From Octopus vulgaris (Eukaryota): 64,000 bases of DNA. Location: NCBI GenBank assembly GCA_951406725.2, contig OX597815.1, positions 214,520,001-214,584,000 on the forward strand, in the 5' to 3' direction. Below are positions 50,838-64,000 of this stretch, in pieces (within the stretch, counting starts at the first letter, position 1; the number at the start of each line of letters is the position of its first letter). The translations under genes and the position numbers were made by a program. Below the pieces are notes generated by a model that had not been told where the DNA came from, did no database searches, and saw only the letters and a program-made list of their open reading frames with translations.

Positions 50838-51411
50838 TTTTAAAGAACCTTTTTCCTCTTATTTTGTGGCTTGTTTCAGTCATTGATCTGTGGTCATGCT
50901 GGGGCACCACCTTAAAAAGCCTAGTCAAACAAGCCAACCCCAGTATTTATATTTTATGCTGTTGGTTATTTTTGCTAAGTTACAAGGACCACCTTAAAGG
51001 GTTTACTTGAGTAAATTGATCCCGGTGCTTATTTTTAAGCCTGGTACTTATTCTATGGGTTTCTTTTGCCAAGCCACTAAGTTACAAGGACATAAACAAA
51101 GCAACACTGGTTATCAAGTGGTGGTTGGAGACCACCATAGCATGCACACATATATCATCATCATATCATTTTTAAGTTGCACTTTTCCATACTCTCATGG
51201 GTCAGATGGAATTTGTTGAGGTGGATTTCTACAGCCAGGTGCTCATCTTGTCACTAACCCCCACTTGTTTTCAGGTAAGGTAACATTTCTTCAGGAACCT
51301 GATATGTTTACATAAAAGAGTGAAAATGGGGGACACTACTTGCGTGATGGTAGCATTTTTCTTTACAACTATCATGCAACGTCAAAGCAAGGACACACAC
51401 ACACACACACT

Positions 51412-51446
<35 letters not shown>

Positions 51447-52043
51447 TGCAAATAAGAAAATGTAGAAGCACATTAGTTGGTTCATCAGCTTTAGGATATT
51501 AAAATGTTGACTTATTTATTTATCATATTTATTTATTTATCATATATCTTTACTATTTTGTACTATTTTACCATTCGTTATGAAGCTAAATTTCTGATTG
51601 AATTAAATGAAATTAAATGTCCTTTCCCTGCATTACCTGTTTGCATTTCCTCACTACTTTAACCTATACTTACTGACTCAAAGGGATGCCACCTCTAGCT
51701 GTTTTTGAAGAAGATAATCACACAACCACAACTTCAGCCACTGTTTTAACAGGAATTTTGAGGAGACACCTATTTGAGCACTAAAAATGTGTACCTATTA
51801 GTTTGAGTCACCTTGACAAAAACTCCTCATATCTTCTATACACACATATATGGCTGGCTTCTTTCATTTTCCATCTTCCAAATCCACTCATAAAGCCTTG
51901 GTTGGCCTGAGGCTATAGAAGAAGATGCCTGCCCAAAGTGCCAAACAGTGGGACTGAATCCAGAGTCATGTGGTTGCAATAGAAACATCAGTAATTCCAG
52001 TTTATATTTCTAGTTTTCTCCCCACACTTGAATCTATCACAAA

Positions 52044-52422
52044 CTAGCAGTATTGCCCGGCGTTGTTCGGGTTTGTTTTCTTTTCGACTCTTTAGAATTG
52101 GAATTTTTGAAAAGTAAAAATTTTGCATTATGTAGCTTGTTATTCTCTTTAAGTGAACATTTTTCTGGTTGAAATACACCGAAAAATGGCGACACAGCAG
52201 TAAAAAAATCGTAAAAAATCAGGATTTTCATAGAAAAAAAGCACCTTTTTAATGTAAAAAAATGGTCCGATGTGAATTTTTTCTTCTACTGAAGGAAGAG
52301 CAAGCCTTCTATCATACTTTCAATTTTGGTCAACTTGTGCTGCAGGCTCTCGGAGGAGATAGTGTCAGTTGAAGGCTACCAAACCTGCCACACACAGACA
52401 ACTTCAGCTTTATATATATAAG
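52044..52422 (-). mobile_element. non-autonomous Helitron family H, copy 1
   Basis: Minus strand TATATATAAAGCTGAAGTTGTCTGTG start; hairpin CCCGAACAACGCCGGG then CTAG|T. Confidence 0.85.
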
Positions 52423-52664
52423 CTATTTCCTTTTTTACATCTATCATATATAGTCACGTAAATTTAGAAGTTCCCTTTGCATTTGCATGCAACCAGTGTT
52501 GGTCATACCATGCAGCACCTTAGGCAAGTGCCTTCTACCACAGTGTCAAATCAAACCAACTCTTGTGAGTAAAACTGTACTGAAACCTGTTGTGTGTTAG
52601 ATCTAATCTATTACAGTACAACCACTGCCTGAATATTGGGTGTCTTTAGCAGAATTCACTGAAC

Positions 52665-52888
52665 CCTAACAACAGATAACATTTAAACCGGCCATATCCA
52701 GCCAAAGTATTCTACCTATTGTATGTTCAAACCAGATAGATCAGGCCTCTTAAACCAACCATACAATGTCATTCTAAAAATTAACAGTTACATCCCCAAA
52801 TCTAAGCTATGAGATAATGCGTGGTTAATTCATGACAATGTGAATAAACATTGCATTTGGCAGAATAATCTGAATGTTTAAGGGTTAA
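52665..52888. mobile_element. piggyBac-type MITE family (further copies ~53087-53292 and ~57968-58181)
   Basis: Consensus TTAA-CC(C/G)TTTAGCATT.AAACC.GCCATATCCAGCC...GAATGCTAAAG(G/A)G-TTAA across three copies. Confidence 0.7.
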
Positions 52889-53426
52889 CAGAATCGTTTT
52901 ATTGTAAGCACTTGGGTTTGGTCACCAATCTGATAATAACTCAATCTGTTGATGTGTTACTTCTACTGTAGCAGCTCATAAGCTGTAAGGTCTTTCCCCC
53001 CTTGTCCCAGTACACTCTCAAGGGACCAATGACATGGACACTGTCTCCCTTCTGGGTGAGTCATAAATAAAATACTATGGATTAGCTTAATCATTTAGCA
53101 TTTAAGGCTGCCATATCCAGCCCAAATATTCTCCTGGTTTTATATTTGAACTGGCTAGATCTGGCATCTCATACCTACTCTACTATGTCATTCTAAAAAT
53201 TAACCAATGACATCAATGAGAATATACGTGATTAATTCAAAACATTGGGAGTAAATAAGCATTATATTTGACAGAGTATGCTAAGGAATTAATGGTTTGT
53301 ATGCCTATGAATTATAAAATGTCCATTATCTCTTATATCTGAGAGAATTTCCTCATTGAAAGTAAAAATAAAACTTATCATTTTATGTAAATTTGAATTG
53401 GACACAGCAAAATATCATTTAGTAAA

Positions 53427-53817
53427 TCTTTATATATAAAGCTTAAGTTGTCTGTGTGTGGCAGGTTTTGGTAGCCTTCAGCTAACACTATCTCCTCTGA
53501 GACCCTGCAGCACAAGTTGACTAAAATTGAGAGTATGATAGAAGAAGGTTTGCTCTTCATTCTGTAGAAAATTCAAATTGGACCATGTTAAGACCAAAAA
53601 TTATTTATATCAAAAAGGTGCTTTTTTTCTATGAAAATCCCAATTTTTATGAATTTTTTACTGTTGTGCCGCCATTTTTCGGTGTATTTCAACCAGAAAA
53701 ATGTTCACTTAAAGAGTATAACAAGCTACATAAGGCAAAATTTTTACTTTTCAAAAAATCCAATTCTTAAGAGTTGAAAAGAAAACAAACCCGAGCAATG
53801 CTGGGCTATACTGCTTG
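53427..53817 (+). mobile_element. non-autonomous Helitron family H, copy 2
   Basis: A|TC start, hairpin CCCGAGCAATGCTGGG, CTTG|T end; inverted homolog of 52044-52422. Confidence 0.85.
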
Positions 53818-55934
53818 TGCTTGATAAACTGATAAACTGTGTAAATAAAATCTAAGGATTAACTGGAAGGATTGATTAAACAGAAATTTTGTCTATATTG
53901 CAGACTTATTAAAAATGGTGGATTTGAATGCTTTTTATTATAAAATTTGTGTGAACCTTAATAAAAGGTGTATCAGCATTATACTATGACCAATTCAAGA
54001 TGATTATTCCCACGCACACAAAAGTAGAGTAGAAAATTGTCCTTGTGCTTAAAATATTGTTTAAATGAACATAATTCCATTTCTGAAGATTGCTTGCTGT
54101 GATTCTCTTTGTCTGAGGAGGTTACATCGGTTGTTGTTTAACCCCAGGTTAAACCTATGATCAAAAGGATTCCAGCTTGTATTTGTTTTTATTTAGCATG
54201 TATCTAAAACTCCAATAGGCATTGCTTCTTAACCTTTTGTAAGTCATAAGACATAATCTGAGGGAGATTTGGCTATTTCTAGCTAGTTGGGCGACTATGT
54301 GGGGTCTCCCTCATTGGTTTGCTAAGTATTTTTAGGAGAAGTTGAGGAGAGAACCACAATATTGATGCATTTTCCAAGCGTGTTGACAGTAATTTAAGAT
54401 AACAGAAAGGACACAAAAAAATAAAAACTGGAAAAAAAAACCAAATAAAAACAAACAGGTTTGAAACTCAATTTACATTCTATTTGAATGAACTTTCAGT
54501 GCTCCAGTTTGGTCTTTGCTACATGGTGGCTATAACAAACCAAAGAACTTGTCATTAGTATCATTAACTTGAGTTTGTTTAATTGAGAGTAGTTGGAACA
54601 AAGTCAGTTCATTGGCAACTGACCAGGCTCGGGAGTCAGTATTATGCTCAGGACTTCTGGTTAGTGCTTCAACTCCTGGTCTAGGTTGACTTTATGTTCT
54701 GAAAGTCAATCAGTTATATTTTTAATAATTATCAGATCGACTGAAAGGAAACAAAAAAATGGCTTCGTGGCTGACTGAATGTTTGATTTGGCAATTTAAT
54801 AGCTCAAAGTCTCAATTTTGAACACTGTTAGGATAGATGTCTATATGTCATAGGCCTAGAAAAGGATTCTGTGAAAGTAAGGTCTATTTCCTTTTCTTGG
54901 TTAGGGGTTTAAGGTGGCAAGAGGCGATTCCAGAGAAATTGCTGTCCAGAGAACAAATTAAATTATTGCTATGCCTGTCTTATCTTATTTTTGTTTTATC
55001 TTTTCCGTTTCGTTCCATCCCCACCTCCCTCTCACTCTTCCTGAATATAGGTGCATAATTTAATTTAATTGAAATAATGAAAAACTGGTGAGAGGCTTGT
55101 AAAATTCTTTTTGTATGGGTGCTGAAAATCATTTAGCCCTAAGGCACTATCATTGTGAACGTCAAGGGTGAGTTTTTTCTGGCTTCAAGTAAAAGGGGAA
55201 CTCTCTAGTTTAACCTCAACAGAGGTTAACAATTTAATTATCGCATGTTACATGCATGTAGTAAAACCCTTAATTACTGATGTTTTACACATTGCTGTCC
55301 AGCTGGTATTAAATCCAGTTATTAATCGGTCATTCACTGAACCAAATTTTTTTATATCACACAGATCCCTTAACTGAGATTTCCCTTATTTCTACCCTCT
55401 CTTTCATTCCTCCTTTCACTATTCATTCATTTCTTATTATTTTTCACTTACTTCACATCTTCTGCTCTCTTTTTCCTCCTTCTCATTCATCTTATTCACG
55501 CATCCTTCTTCGCTTCAATCTCTCTTTTCTTTCCTCTCATTCACTTTTTTCTATCTTTTATTTTTCTTTTTATTCTTAGTCTTTTTCTTCTCACATCATA
55601 TCTACATTTCTTCTCATTCATTCATATTGCTTCTCATTTCTTCTTCTTCTTCTTCTTCTTCTTCTTCTTCTTCTTCTCCTTCTTCTTCTTCTCCCCCTCC
55701 CCCTTCTCCCCTCCCCCTCATTCTTCCCATGCTTCTCTCTCTCTCTCTCTCAGTATTATTTTACATATTTACTACACTATTTCACAGAACCTTGTATCCC
55801 TACCATATCTATCTTGTCAGACAACTCACCTTAGGTAACACCAACACTGACTGAAAACAAAAAAATACACAATATTTGTCTTTATGTATGTTTATATGTT
55901 TTTGAATAGAATAGAAAATTGTCCTTGTGTTTCA

Positions 55935-56195
55935 TTCCCTGCAATACGTTGTGTCCTTGAGCAAGACACTTTATTTCACGTTGCTCCAGTCCACTCAGCT
56001 GGCAAAAATAAGTAGAGCCTGTATTTCAAAGGGCCAGCCTTGTCACACTAGGTAAAGCAATGAATCTCTCTGTAAATTACATTAAGGGTACATGTGTCTG
56101 TGGAGTGCTCAGCCACTTGCACGTCAATTTCATAAGCAAGCTGTTCCATTAATCAGATCAACTGGAACCCTCATCACCATAACTAACAGAGTGTC
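55935..56195 (+). mobile_element. SINE family B, 5'-truncated
   Basis: TTGTGTCCTTGAGCAAGACACTTTATTTCACGTTGCTCCAG... Confidence 0.85.
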
Positions 56196-56275
56196 TGTCT
56201 GTCTGTCTGTATGTCTGTATGTATGTATGTATGTATGTATATGTATATATATATATATATGTATGTATATGTATA

Positions 56276-56308
<33 letters not shown>

Positions 56309-56349
56309 ATGTATATATATATATATATGTATGTATGTATATGTATATA

Positions 56350-56382
<33 letters not shown>

Positions 56383-56525
56383 ATGTATATATATATATGT
56401 ATGTATGTATGTATATGTATATATATATATATATGTATGTATATATGTATACATGTATGTATATGTATAGATATGTGTGCATGTATGTATAGGTATAAAT
56501 ATGTGTGTATATATATATATATATA
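56196..56525. repeat. (TATG)n/(TA)n compound satellite
   Basis: Directly visible. Confidence 0.93.
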
Positions 56526-56690
56526 GGGAGAGTTCACAAAAAAAATAAGTGGTGTACAAAACAAACAGATGTATTAGTATAACGCTCAGGAATTGAAAAA
56601 TCTTTTACGTTTCGAACCTACGCTCTTCTACACAAAGGGACACAGAAAAAACAAGGAAGGAGAGAGAAAAAAATGTGTGTAGTGGCTACC

Positions 56691-56695
<5 letters not shown>
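56525..56695 (-). mobile_element. short Penelope-like element with hammerhead variant (copy of 15535-15680)
   Basis: Minus strand CTTT GTGTAGA A GAGC-GTAG-GTTC GAAA C GTA AAAG; flanked by (TA)n and (CT)n(TA)n. Confidence 0.65.
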
Positions 56696-56765
<70 letters not shown>

Positions 56766-58341
56766 AATGATGTTAAAATGATATAAGGGCCTGATGATTG
56801 GGGTTACATTTTAAGAAGGGTTCCAGTAAAACATGGACTGGTTTAGGAACTGGGGAATGTACCTCATGAAACATGTGTAGCCAAGTTATAAAACAGTAGG
56901 TATTTAAAATAAATTTTTATATGATGAGATGAAGGGGCCTAGTATCTCTAAATTAAAATATATATTTCTTCATTGAGAATAATTTGAACCTCTGTTATGC
57001 CGGAATATTTATTCCCTAACAAATAGAATTTATATATATATATCATGAATGTTATTTCCATTGTTTTTATCTTCTCACTCATATCCGTAACTAAATCAAT
57101 GCAGAATCAGTAAAAGACAAATTGCTTCTTAATAATTACTTACATATGTAGACATTCTGATTGCTTTTCATCCTTCCAATGTCATCATCAAAGCAAGTAC
57201 CTGTTAGGCTCTATGGTCAAATAAATCAATTCATAACTCCACCACTACCCGAAAATATGTGACCTTGATGTTAAAAATCAATATTAAACTGAATTGTCTT
57301 TGTGTGTTCAGTTAACAACTGGTTTGTGTTTGCGTGTTCACATTCGCTTGTGTATTTTAGTTTCCTTTTGATGTAAGCAATGCCAGATTTATTTATTGAC
57401 TATTCATCGACCAACAGATTCTGAAGAAGAATCCATTTCTTGAAAGAAGCAAGAGGCCTGATATTTTCAAAAGAGAGCATATGATAATTTGTGACATTTA
57501 TAGTTTTCCAGATGATCTTGGAAACATAAAGGATGTGTCCATTGTCTGCATTGCTTAATTAAGCCCTTCATTCCATATGGTGCAGGAGATCATCAACAGC
57601 TTTTCTCCACTTCTCTCCACTCTTGTTGGTTTTGACTGAACATCGATGCTCCTGTAACTTTGCTTTTATCTATGTATGGGTGTTCACCTTATGCAAGCTC
57701 ATTTTTATCTCTGAAAAGAAGTGGTCCGTATTAGTCAGGCCTCTATCCTTTGACCTGTCCAACATAGGAGGACCTACCAGAAGCTTCCAATCTGCTGGTA
57801 TAGCTTTTGGGGTCAGTAATACACACAAACCTACAATGAGGGCTGAATCAAGTGGTGACAATGCCTACATCAGTGGCTCTCAAATAGTATACACTGCATA
57901 CTGTACTGATGCATTGCAAGGAGTATCAGGAGTATCCAGGTCTTCCTTGAATTATTAAAAATATAACTTAACCGTTTAGTATTCAAACCAGCCATATCCA
58001 ACCCATATATTTTCTCTGGTTTATGTTCAAACAGGCCAGATCTGACTTCTCACACTTACCCTACAATATCATTAAAAATATATGCAAGATAAAGCTACAA
58101 GATAATGCAGGATTATTTACAAAAGAAAGTGAATAAATAAGCATTACATTTGAAAGGATAATCTGAATGCTAAAGAGTTAAGGATTTAGAAAATCCATGG
58201 TTGAGCATCTTGGAAAACATTATTCATAACATAGCAAATTCCACCAAGGTCAACTGTACCCTTCAACCTTTCAAGGTTGATAAAACAAGTACCATTTGAG
58301 CACTGGGGTCAATTGTTGGCTTTGTGCCAAAATTTGAAACC

Positions 58342-58345
58342 ATTA

Positions 58346-58376
<31 letters not shown>

Positions 58377-58402
58377 TATTATAATCACTATTATTATCAT
58401 TA

Positions 58403-58433
<31 letters not shown>

Positions 58434-58440
58434 TATCATT

Positions 58441-58500
<60 letters not shown>
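58342..58500. repeat. (ATT)n/(ATC)n tract between two partial SINE A copies
   Basis: Directly visible; SINE A 3' halves at ~58235-58340 and ~58500-58595. Confidence 0.9.
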
Positions 58501-58502
<2 letters not shown>

Positions 58503-58865
58503 GAATTCTGCTAAGGTCAGCTTTACCTTTCATCCTTTCAGTGTCAATAAAACAAGTACCAGTTGAGTGTTGGCCTGGTGCCAAAATGTGAAACCATTAT
58601 TCATAATATAATGTTTTCCAGTTTTGTCCAATGGTAGAACATTTGTCATGTCTGCAGAAGATGAGAGTTCAAGTCCCACGGGTAGCCTTTCCAAAGGTTA
58701 TTCCTAATATTGATGTTATTTGTGAACATACATGGATGGGTGGTTAGGATGTTGGGTTCATGATCATAAGGTTAGAGGTTCGATTCTTAGACTGGATGGT
58801 GAAGTGTATCAAGGTGGTGCTCCAGCATGGTCTCAGTCTAATGACTGAAACAAACAAAAAATAAA

Positions 58866-58914
<49 letters not shown>

Positions 58915-58918
<4 letters not shown>

Positions 58919-59290
58919 CATGGCTGTGTGGTAAGAAGCTTGCTTCACAACCACATGTTTCCGAGTTCAGTCTCACTGCGTTGCACCTTGGGAAAGTGTC
59001 TTCTACTATATCCTTGGGCTGGCCAAAGCCTTGTGAGTGGATTTGGTAGACAGAGACTGAAAAAGAAGTGCACTGTATACATATATGTTTGTCCCCCCCA
59101 CCCCCCACCAATGCTTGACAATCGATGTTGGTGTATTTACGTCCCTGTAACTTAGCAGCTCTGCAAAAGAGACCGATAGAATAAGTGCTAGGCTTACAAA
59201 GAATAAGTTCTAAGGTCAATTCATTCGACTAAAAGTAGTGCTCCAGCATAGCCACAGTCAAATGACTGAAACCAATAGAAAAATAAAAGA
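58915..59290 (+). mobile_element. SINE family C
   Basis: GGCATGGCTGTGTGGTAAGAAGCTTGCTTCAC...CAGTCAAATGACTGAAAC. Confidence 0.88.
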
Positions 59291-59554
59291 ATATATTCTT
59301 CTAAATTATTAACTTTAAAGTATAGTTTTTTTTTTCATTTTAGGTTATTTTCTTTTCTTTCCATACAAAGTCTATCAACACATTTCTATTTTATCACTTC
59401 ATCATCATCATTGTTTTAACATCCACTTTTCTATGTCTGCATGGATCAGATGGAATTTATTGAAGCAGATTTTCTACAATCAGATGCCCTCTTCTTGACA
59501 CCAGCCCTCAATTGTTTCCCAATACGGTAATAATTTCCCATGGTTAGATATGCT

Positions 59555-59868
59555 TTTTTAGAATTGGAATTTTTGAAAAGTAAAAATTTTGCATTATGCA
59601 ACTTGTTATTCTCTTCAAGTGAACATTTTTCCTGTTGAAATACACCGAAAAATGGTGACACAGCAGTCAAAAATCGTAAAAAATAGGGATTTTCATAGGA
59701 AAAAGGTACCTTTTTGATATAAATAATTTTTATGTTAACATGGTCCGATTTCTTCTATCGTACTCTCAATTTTGGTCAACTTGCGCTGCAGGGTCTCAAA
59801 GGAGATAGTGTTAGTTGAAGGCTACCAAACCTACCACACACAGACAACTTCAGCTTTATATATATAGA
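59555..59868 (-). mobile_element. Helitron family H, copy 3 (3'-truncated); related Helitron-like 5' ends follow to ~60530
   Basis: Homologous to 52090-52420; ends TATATATAGA|T on the + strand. Confidence 0.8.
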
Positions 59869-60671
59869 TTTGCTACACACTACTTTCCATCCTTAATAAT
59901 GAAACTTGGTAGACCCAGAAGTTAAACACACAGATACACACACAGACACACAAGTTGAGTTTTATATATAGAGATTTCTCAATGGGGATTTCAGGGAGTC
60001 GCTGGCGATGTATCGTGATGATCAAAAATCCGGCCTGCTAAAATTTGGTTAAAGTGATTCAAACTGCAGACTCAACGCAAAATGGTCACATTTAATTCAA
60101 AGCGTTAAAAATGTTATGAAAACAATTGGTGTGTGTTCACAAAGTCCAAACGATTAATACGAAAAAAAAACCCAGGCTACATCCCGAAAATTCATTTCTT
60201 TGCCGAATTTCTACAATGTTTACGGCGATTCGTTTTTATATCTTGATTTTTTATTTTTCATGCAATTTACGCATGCTTGCACGCATGGCTCACGTCAAAC
60301 AGCTGACTGAGTAAAGTTCACTATTCAATGCATGGGATAAGGCCTAAACAAACACATTATCGATTTTTGCACTTGCGAGATGAATTTCGGAACAGAAATA
60401 GCGCAGTTCAGTTTTCATTCACCTTAAACTTTAAGTGACACATTTTTGGTGGTTCTACGATTTGTTGGCTAGGAGGAGATGTGCCGGGAAGTTAAACACA
60501 CAGACACACAAGTTGAGTTATATATATATAGATGAATGTCACTGCTTGTATGACTGACTCCCATTTACACCTATCATGCTATGTCAAAACAAGGACACAC
60601 ACACACACACCAAATCTACTCACAAAGCTTTGATAAGCTAGATGCTATTGTTTTTTGTTTCATTTGTTTGT

Positions 60672-60960
60672 TCCCTCTCGAGCCATACCTGGCTCATAAG
60701 GGCCGGTTTCCGTGGCGTATAGGTTCCCCACCTGGATGGGATGCCGGTCCGTCGCAGGTGAGCTGCAAGTTGCAGGAGGAAAGAGTGAGAGATTGTTGTG
60801 GCGAAGGTGTCAGCAGATGTTCGCCATTACCTTCTGCCGGAGCCGCATGGAGCTTAGGTGTTTCGCCCATAAACACACACATCACCCGGTCTGAGATACG
60901 AAACCACGATCCCTCGACCGCGAGTCCGCTGCTCTAACCATTAGGTCATGTGCCTCCACA
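60672..60960 (-). mobile_element. SINE family D (tRNA-derived head)
   Basis: Minus strand GGAGGCACATGACCTAATGGTTAGAGCAGCGGACTCGCGGTCGAGGGATCGTGGTTTCG; head shared with 16862-17040. Confidence 0.8.
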
Positions 60961-61165
60961 CAGATGTTATTGTGGAAAACAATTGCCCAAACTGCCACAT
61001 GGTGGGATTGAACCCGGAACCGTGTGATTAGGAAGCAAACTTCTTAACCACATAGCCATGAGCAGGTGTGACTGCATGATTCTCCAGCTACAAAATCAAA
61101 AATGATTGAAAGCCACAAATCTGCACTTATCCAACGAATGGCTTTTGAATTACTGTCAATATATA

Positions 61166-61402
61166 ATACCTATTTCTTTACTACCCACAAGGGGTTAAAC
61201 TCAGAGAGGACAAATAAGGACAGACAAACAGATTAAGTTGATTATATCGACCCCAGTGCGTAACTGGTACTTATTTAATCGACCTCGAAAGGATGAAGGC
61301 AAAGTCGATCTTGTTGGAATTTGAACTCAGAACGTAGCGGCAGACAAAATACCGCTAAGCATCTCACCCAGCGTGCTAACGTTTCTGCCAGCTTGCTGCC
61401 TT
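61166..61402 (-). mobile_element. SINE family A, full length
   Basis: Reverse complement of the 14368-14600 type; AATATATAATAC on both flanks suggests a TSD. Confidence 0.9.
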
Positions 61403-62166
61403 CTCAATATATAATACTATGAACTAACTGAGAAAAGAAAAGCTACTTTTTATGAAGCATTTTCTTTTTTTATTGTTATCTTTCCTTTTGTTTTTATTTA
61501 GGTTAAGAGGAAAAGTGAGAGGTTAATTTTTTTTTTTATTTGACTTCTACATTTTTTTACATTAGGTACAGATATTTTGTGTCCTTGAACAAGATATTTA
61601 ACTCTATTCATTTTAATTTTACTGTGGACATTTTGCTGGTATAACTCACTCAGTTATTCAGAGCTAGGGTTTTGTTTTTGTTTTTTAGGGATTTTTTTCC
61701 TTTTTTGGTAGAGATAGTTTACAACTTGAATTGAAGTAATTGCTAATTCAGCTGATGAAATCCTGTTTCGTTGCTACGATAAGCTTATCTTTTGTAGACT
61801 AGCATTAGTTGTATCATTCATCCACCAAGTGGCACTGTATAAACAGATCAAACTAATTGTCCCTGTTGTTGTTTAGTTTAACCCCAGGTCAACTGCAATC
61901 AAGCAGCCTTATGATCAGCAACATTGAGCAGTGATTACCCTATTTTAAGAGAAATATAAAGTTCTACATTATCTAAAGAAGTGCTTTGCAAAAGTATTCG
62001 CATGTAAGCACAAGCGTGGCTGTGTAGTAAGAAGCTTTCTTCCCAACCACATGGTTCCAGGTTCTGTCCCACTGTGTGGCACCTTGGGCAACTGTCTTCT
62101 GCTATAGCCTCAGGCCAACCAAAGCCTTGTGAGTGGATTTGGTAGACGGAAACTGAAAGAAGCTCG

Positions 62167-62198
<32 letters not shown>

Positions 62199-62334
62199 AC
62201 GCATTGCATCCTTGTGTCTGTGTTTGCCCCCCCCCCACCATTGCTTGCCAAACTGCTAAGTTACAGGGACATGAACAAAGTAACATTGGTTGTCAAACAG
62301 TAGTGAAGAACAAACATAAAGGCACACACACGTG

Positions 62335-62464
62335 AATATATATGTGTGTATATGTGTGTGTGTGTATGTATGTATATATGTATATACATACATATATATA
62401 TATATATATATACGCATGTATATATACAAATATATATATACACATATATATATATATATATCTA

Positions 62465-62504
<40 letters not shown>

Positions 62505-62650
62505 TATCTATACATATATATACACACATATATATATATACATATACATATATATACATATATATACACACACACACATACATACATACATACATATATA
62601 TATATAAATTAATAAATAAAACATGCATATATACATACATATATGTACGT
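62335..62650. repeat. (TA)n/(CATA)n compound satellite
   Basis: Directly visible. Confidence 0.92.
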
Positions 62651-63044
62651 ACCTACCTCTGCATGTATATATACATGCATATATGGGTACAGGACACCAA
62701 AAAAACGTCGAACACAATGAGAAAGGAAAACATAAACACAAAACCAAGGAACTGGACATTTTTCTTAAACAATGAAAAAATAGAGTACAGGACAAATAAC
62801 ACAAGGAAAATTCCCCTTCTTCAGTCGCCATGGTTTCATCTACTCTGCATTTCGAAGGTGAAGGCGATACGCATCTTCGATAGAAACTTTCCTTCCCTCG
62901 AAAAGCAAATTAAATAAAATTTTAGATTTTTTGCGGAGAGGTAAAAATGGTAACAAAAACAGGACAGTAACGACAGTACAAAATATAAACAGTAAAAGAC
63001 AGGACAAGGAACACACACACATATATACATATACATATATATAC

Positions 63045-63075
<31 letters not shown>

Positions 63076-63112
63076 TACATACATACATACATACATACAT
63101 ACATACATACAT

Positions 63113-63186
<74 letters not shown>

Positions 63187-64000
63187 GCACAAAATAGTTT
63201 CAGTTTCATTCTACCAAGTTCACTCAGAAGTCTTTGGTTAGGCCGATGCCTTAGTAGAAGATACTTACTCAAGGCGCCACATAATGGAACTGAATCAAAG
63301 ACCACAGAGTTGGAAAGCAAGCTTCTTAACCACACCTGCAACTCTTGTTTATTTATCTATTTGTATATTTATTTTATCATAATGGTGTTTGGTTGCCAAC
63401 TAATAACTGGTTTTGAACATCTAAGGTAGATAGAAGTCGGGTGGCCAATGGAAAGAAGATAAACAATGCAATTAGAATCTTTTCTTTTTTTTTAATAAAT
63501 TTCAAAAGCCTAAAAAGAATTTGCTTGGATTCCTTAAAATTATTATTTGGTTCAACAGTTTGTTCTTTGTTCTTAATCATATATCAAAAGCGCAAAGGAA
63601 GGTTAGAAGGGGTACAATTTCATTGCCATCATCTTAGCCAGCAAATCAGATGTTATCAGCCGACATCTAGATTACTTTTCTTGATGTACTTGCTGAAAAT
63701 AAGTCACTGACATGCTTCACTGCAAGCTTATTTATCCACATATGCCATTCCTGTGATAAGAGAAGTAGAAATGACAGACAGAAATCAAAACAAAAACAAA
63801 AAAATATTCATATAAAAGAAACTAAAATTTATGCTCTTACTTTAGCTTTTTCTCTGTATTTGCTCACATTTAAAACTGGACAATGTTTTGACATTGTCTC
63901 CTCAACACTTCTTCTTAGTCTATCGGGAGAATATCTGTTGCATGTGTACTTTATTTTTGCCTTGTTTTGCTTTCATATTTCATGATGGGAAAAAGGTTTG

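Noticed and set aside
57418-57558. Possible third exon (ILKKNPFLERSKRPDIF...*) after CAACAG
   Set aside because: Weak polypyrimidine tract, no recognisable domain, early stop; not supportable without transcripts.
62800-62870. Possible type-II hammerhead on the minus strand (CCTTCGAAATGC...CTGAAGAAGGGG)
   Set aside because: No UH cleavage site or stem I pairing could be drawn.

Overview
AT-rich, microsatellite-saturated animal genomic DNA. The repertoire of tRNA-derived SINEs and the (TA)n/(TG)n/(TCTA)n density suggest a coleoid cephalopod, probably Octopus (inference from recalled repeat families, not a search). Almost all supplied ORFs are microsatellite artefacts or transposon relics. Transposable elements seen: several SINE families in many copies; decayed LINEs (RTE, CR1/L2 group); Penelope-like elements with RT and GIY-YIG remnants; a mariner deletion derivative; two Tigger/pogo relics; Helitrons; and piggyBac-, hAT- and 8-bp-TSD GG-ended MITEs. 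The only host-gene candidate is a + strand 5' end encoding a signal peptide (putative coding exons 43017-43098 and 44244-44335). Most notable: (1) short elements next to simple-repeat tracts that carry minimal type-I hammerhead ribozyme motifs, one sub-family sharing a variant core; (2) an ORF1-only (HAL1-like) retroelement inserted with a 15-bp TSD into a SINE tRNA head; (3) a 789-bp foldback element with telomeric repeats; (4) a foldback built from two tRNA-Thr-like units. Coordinates were read by eye, and ends of decayed elements are approximate.
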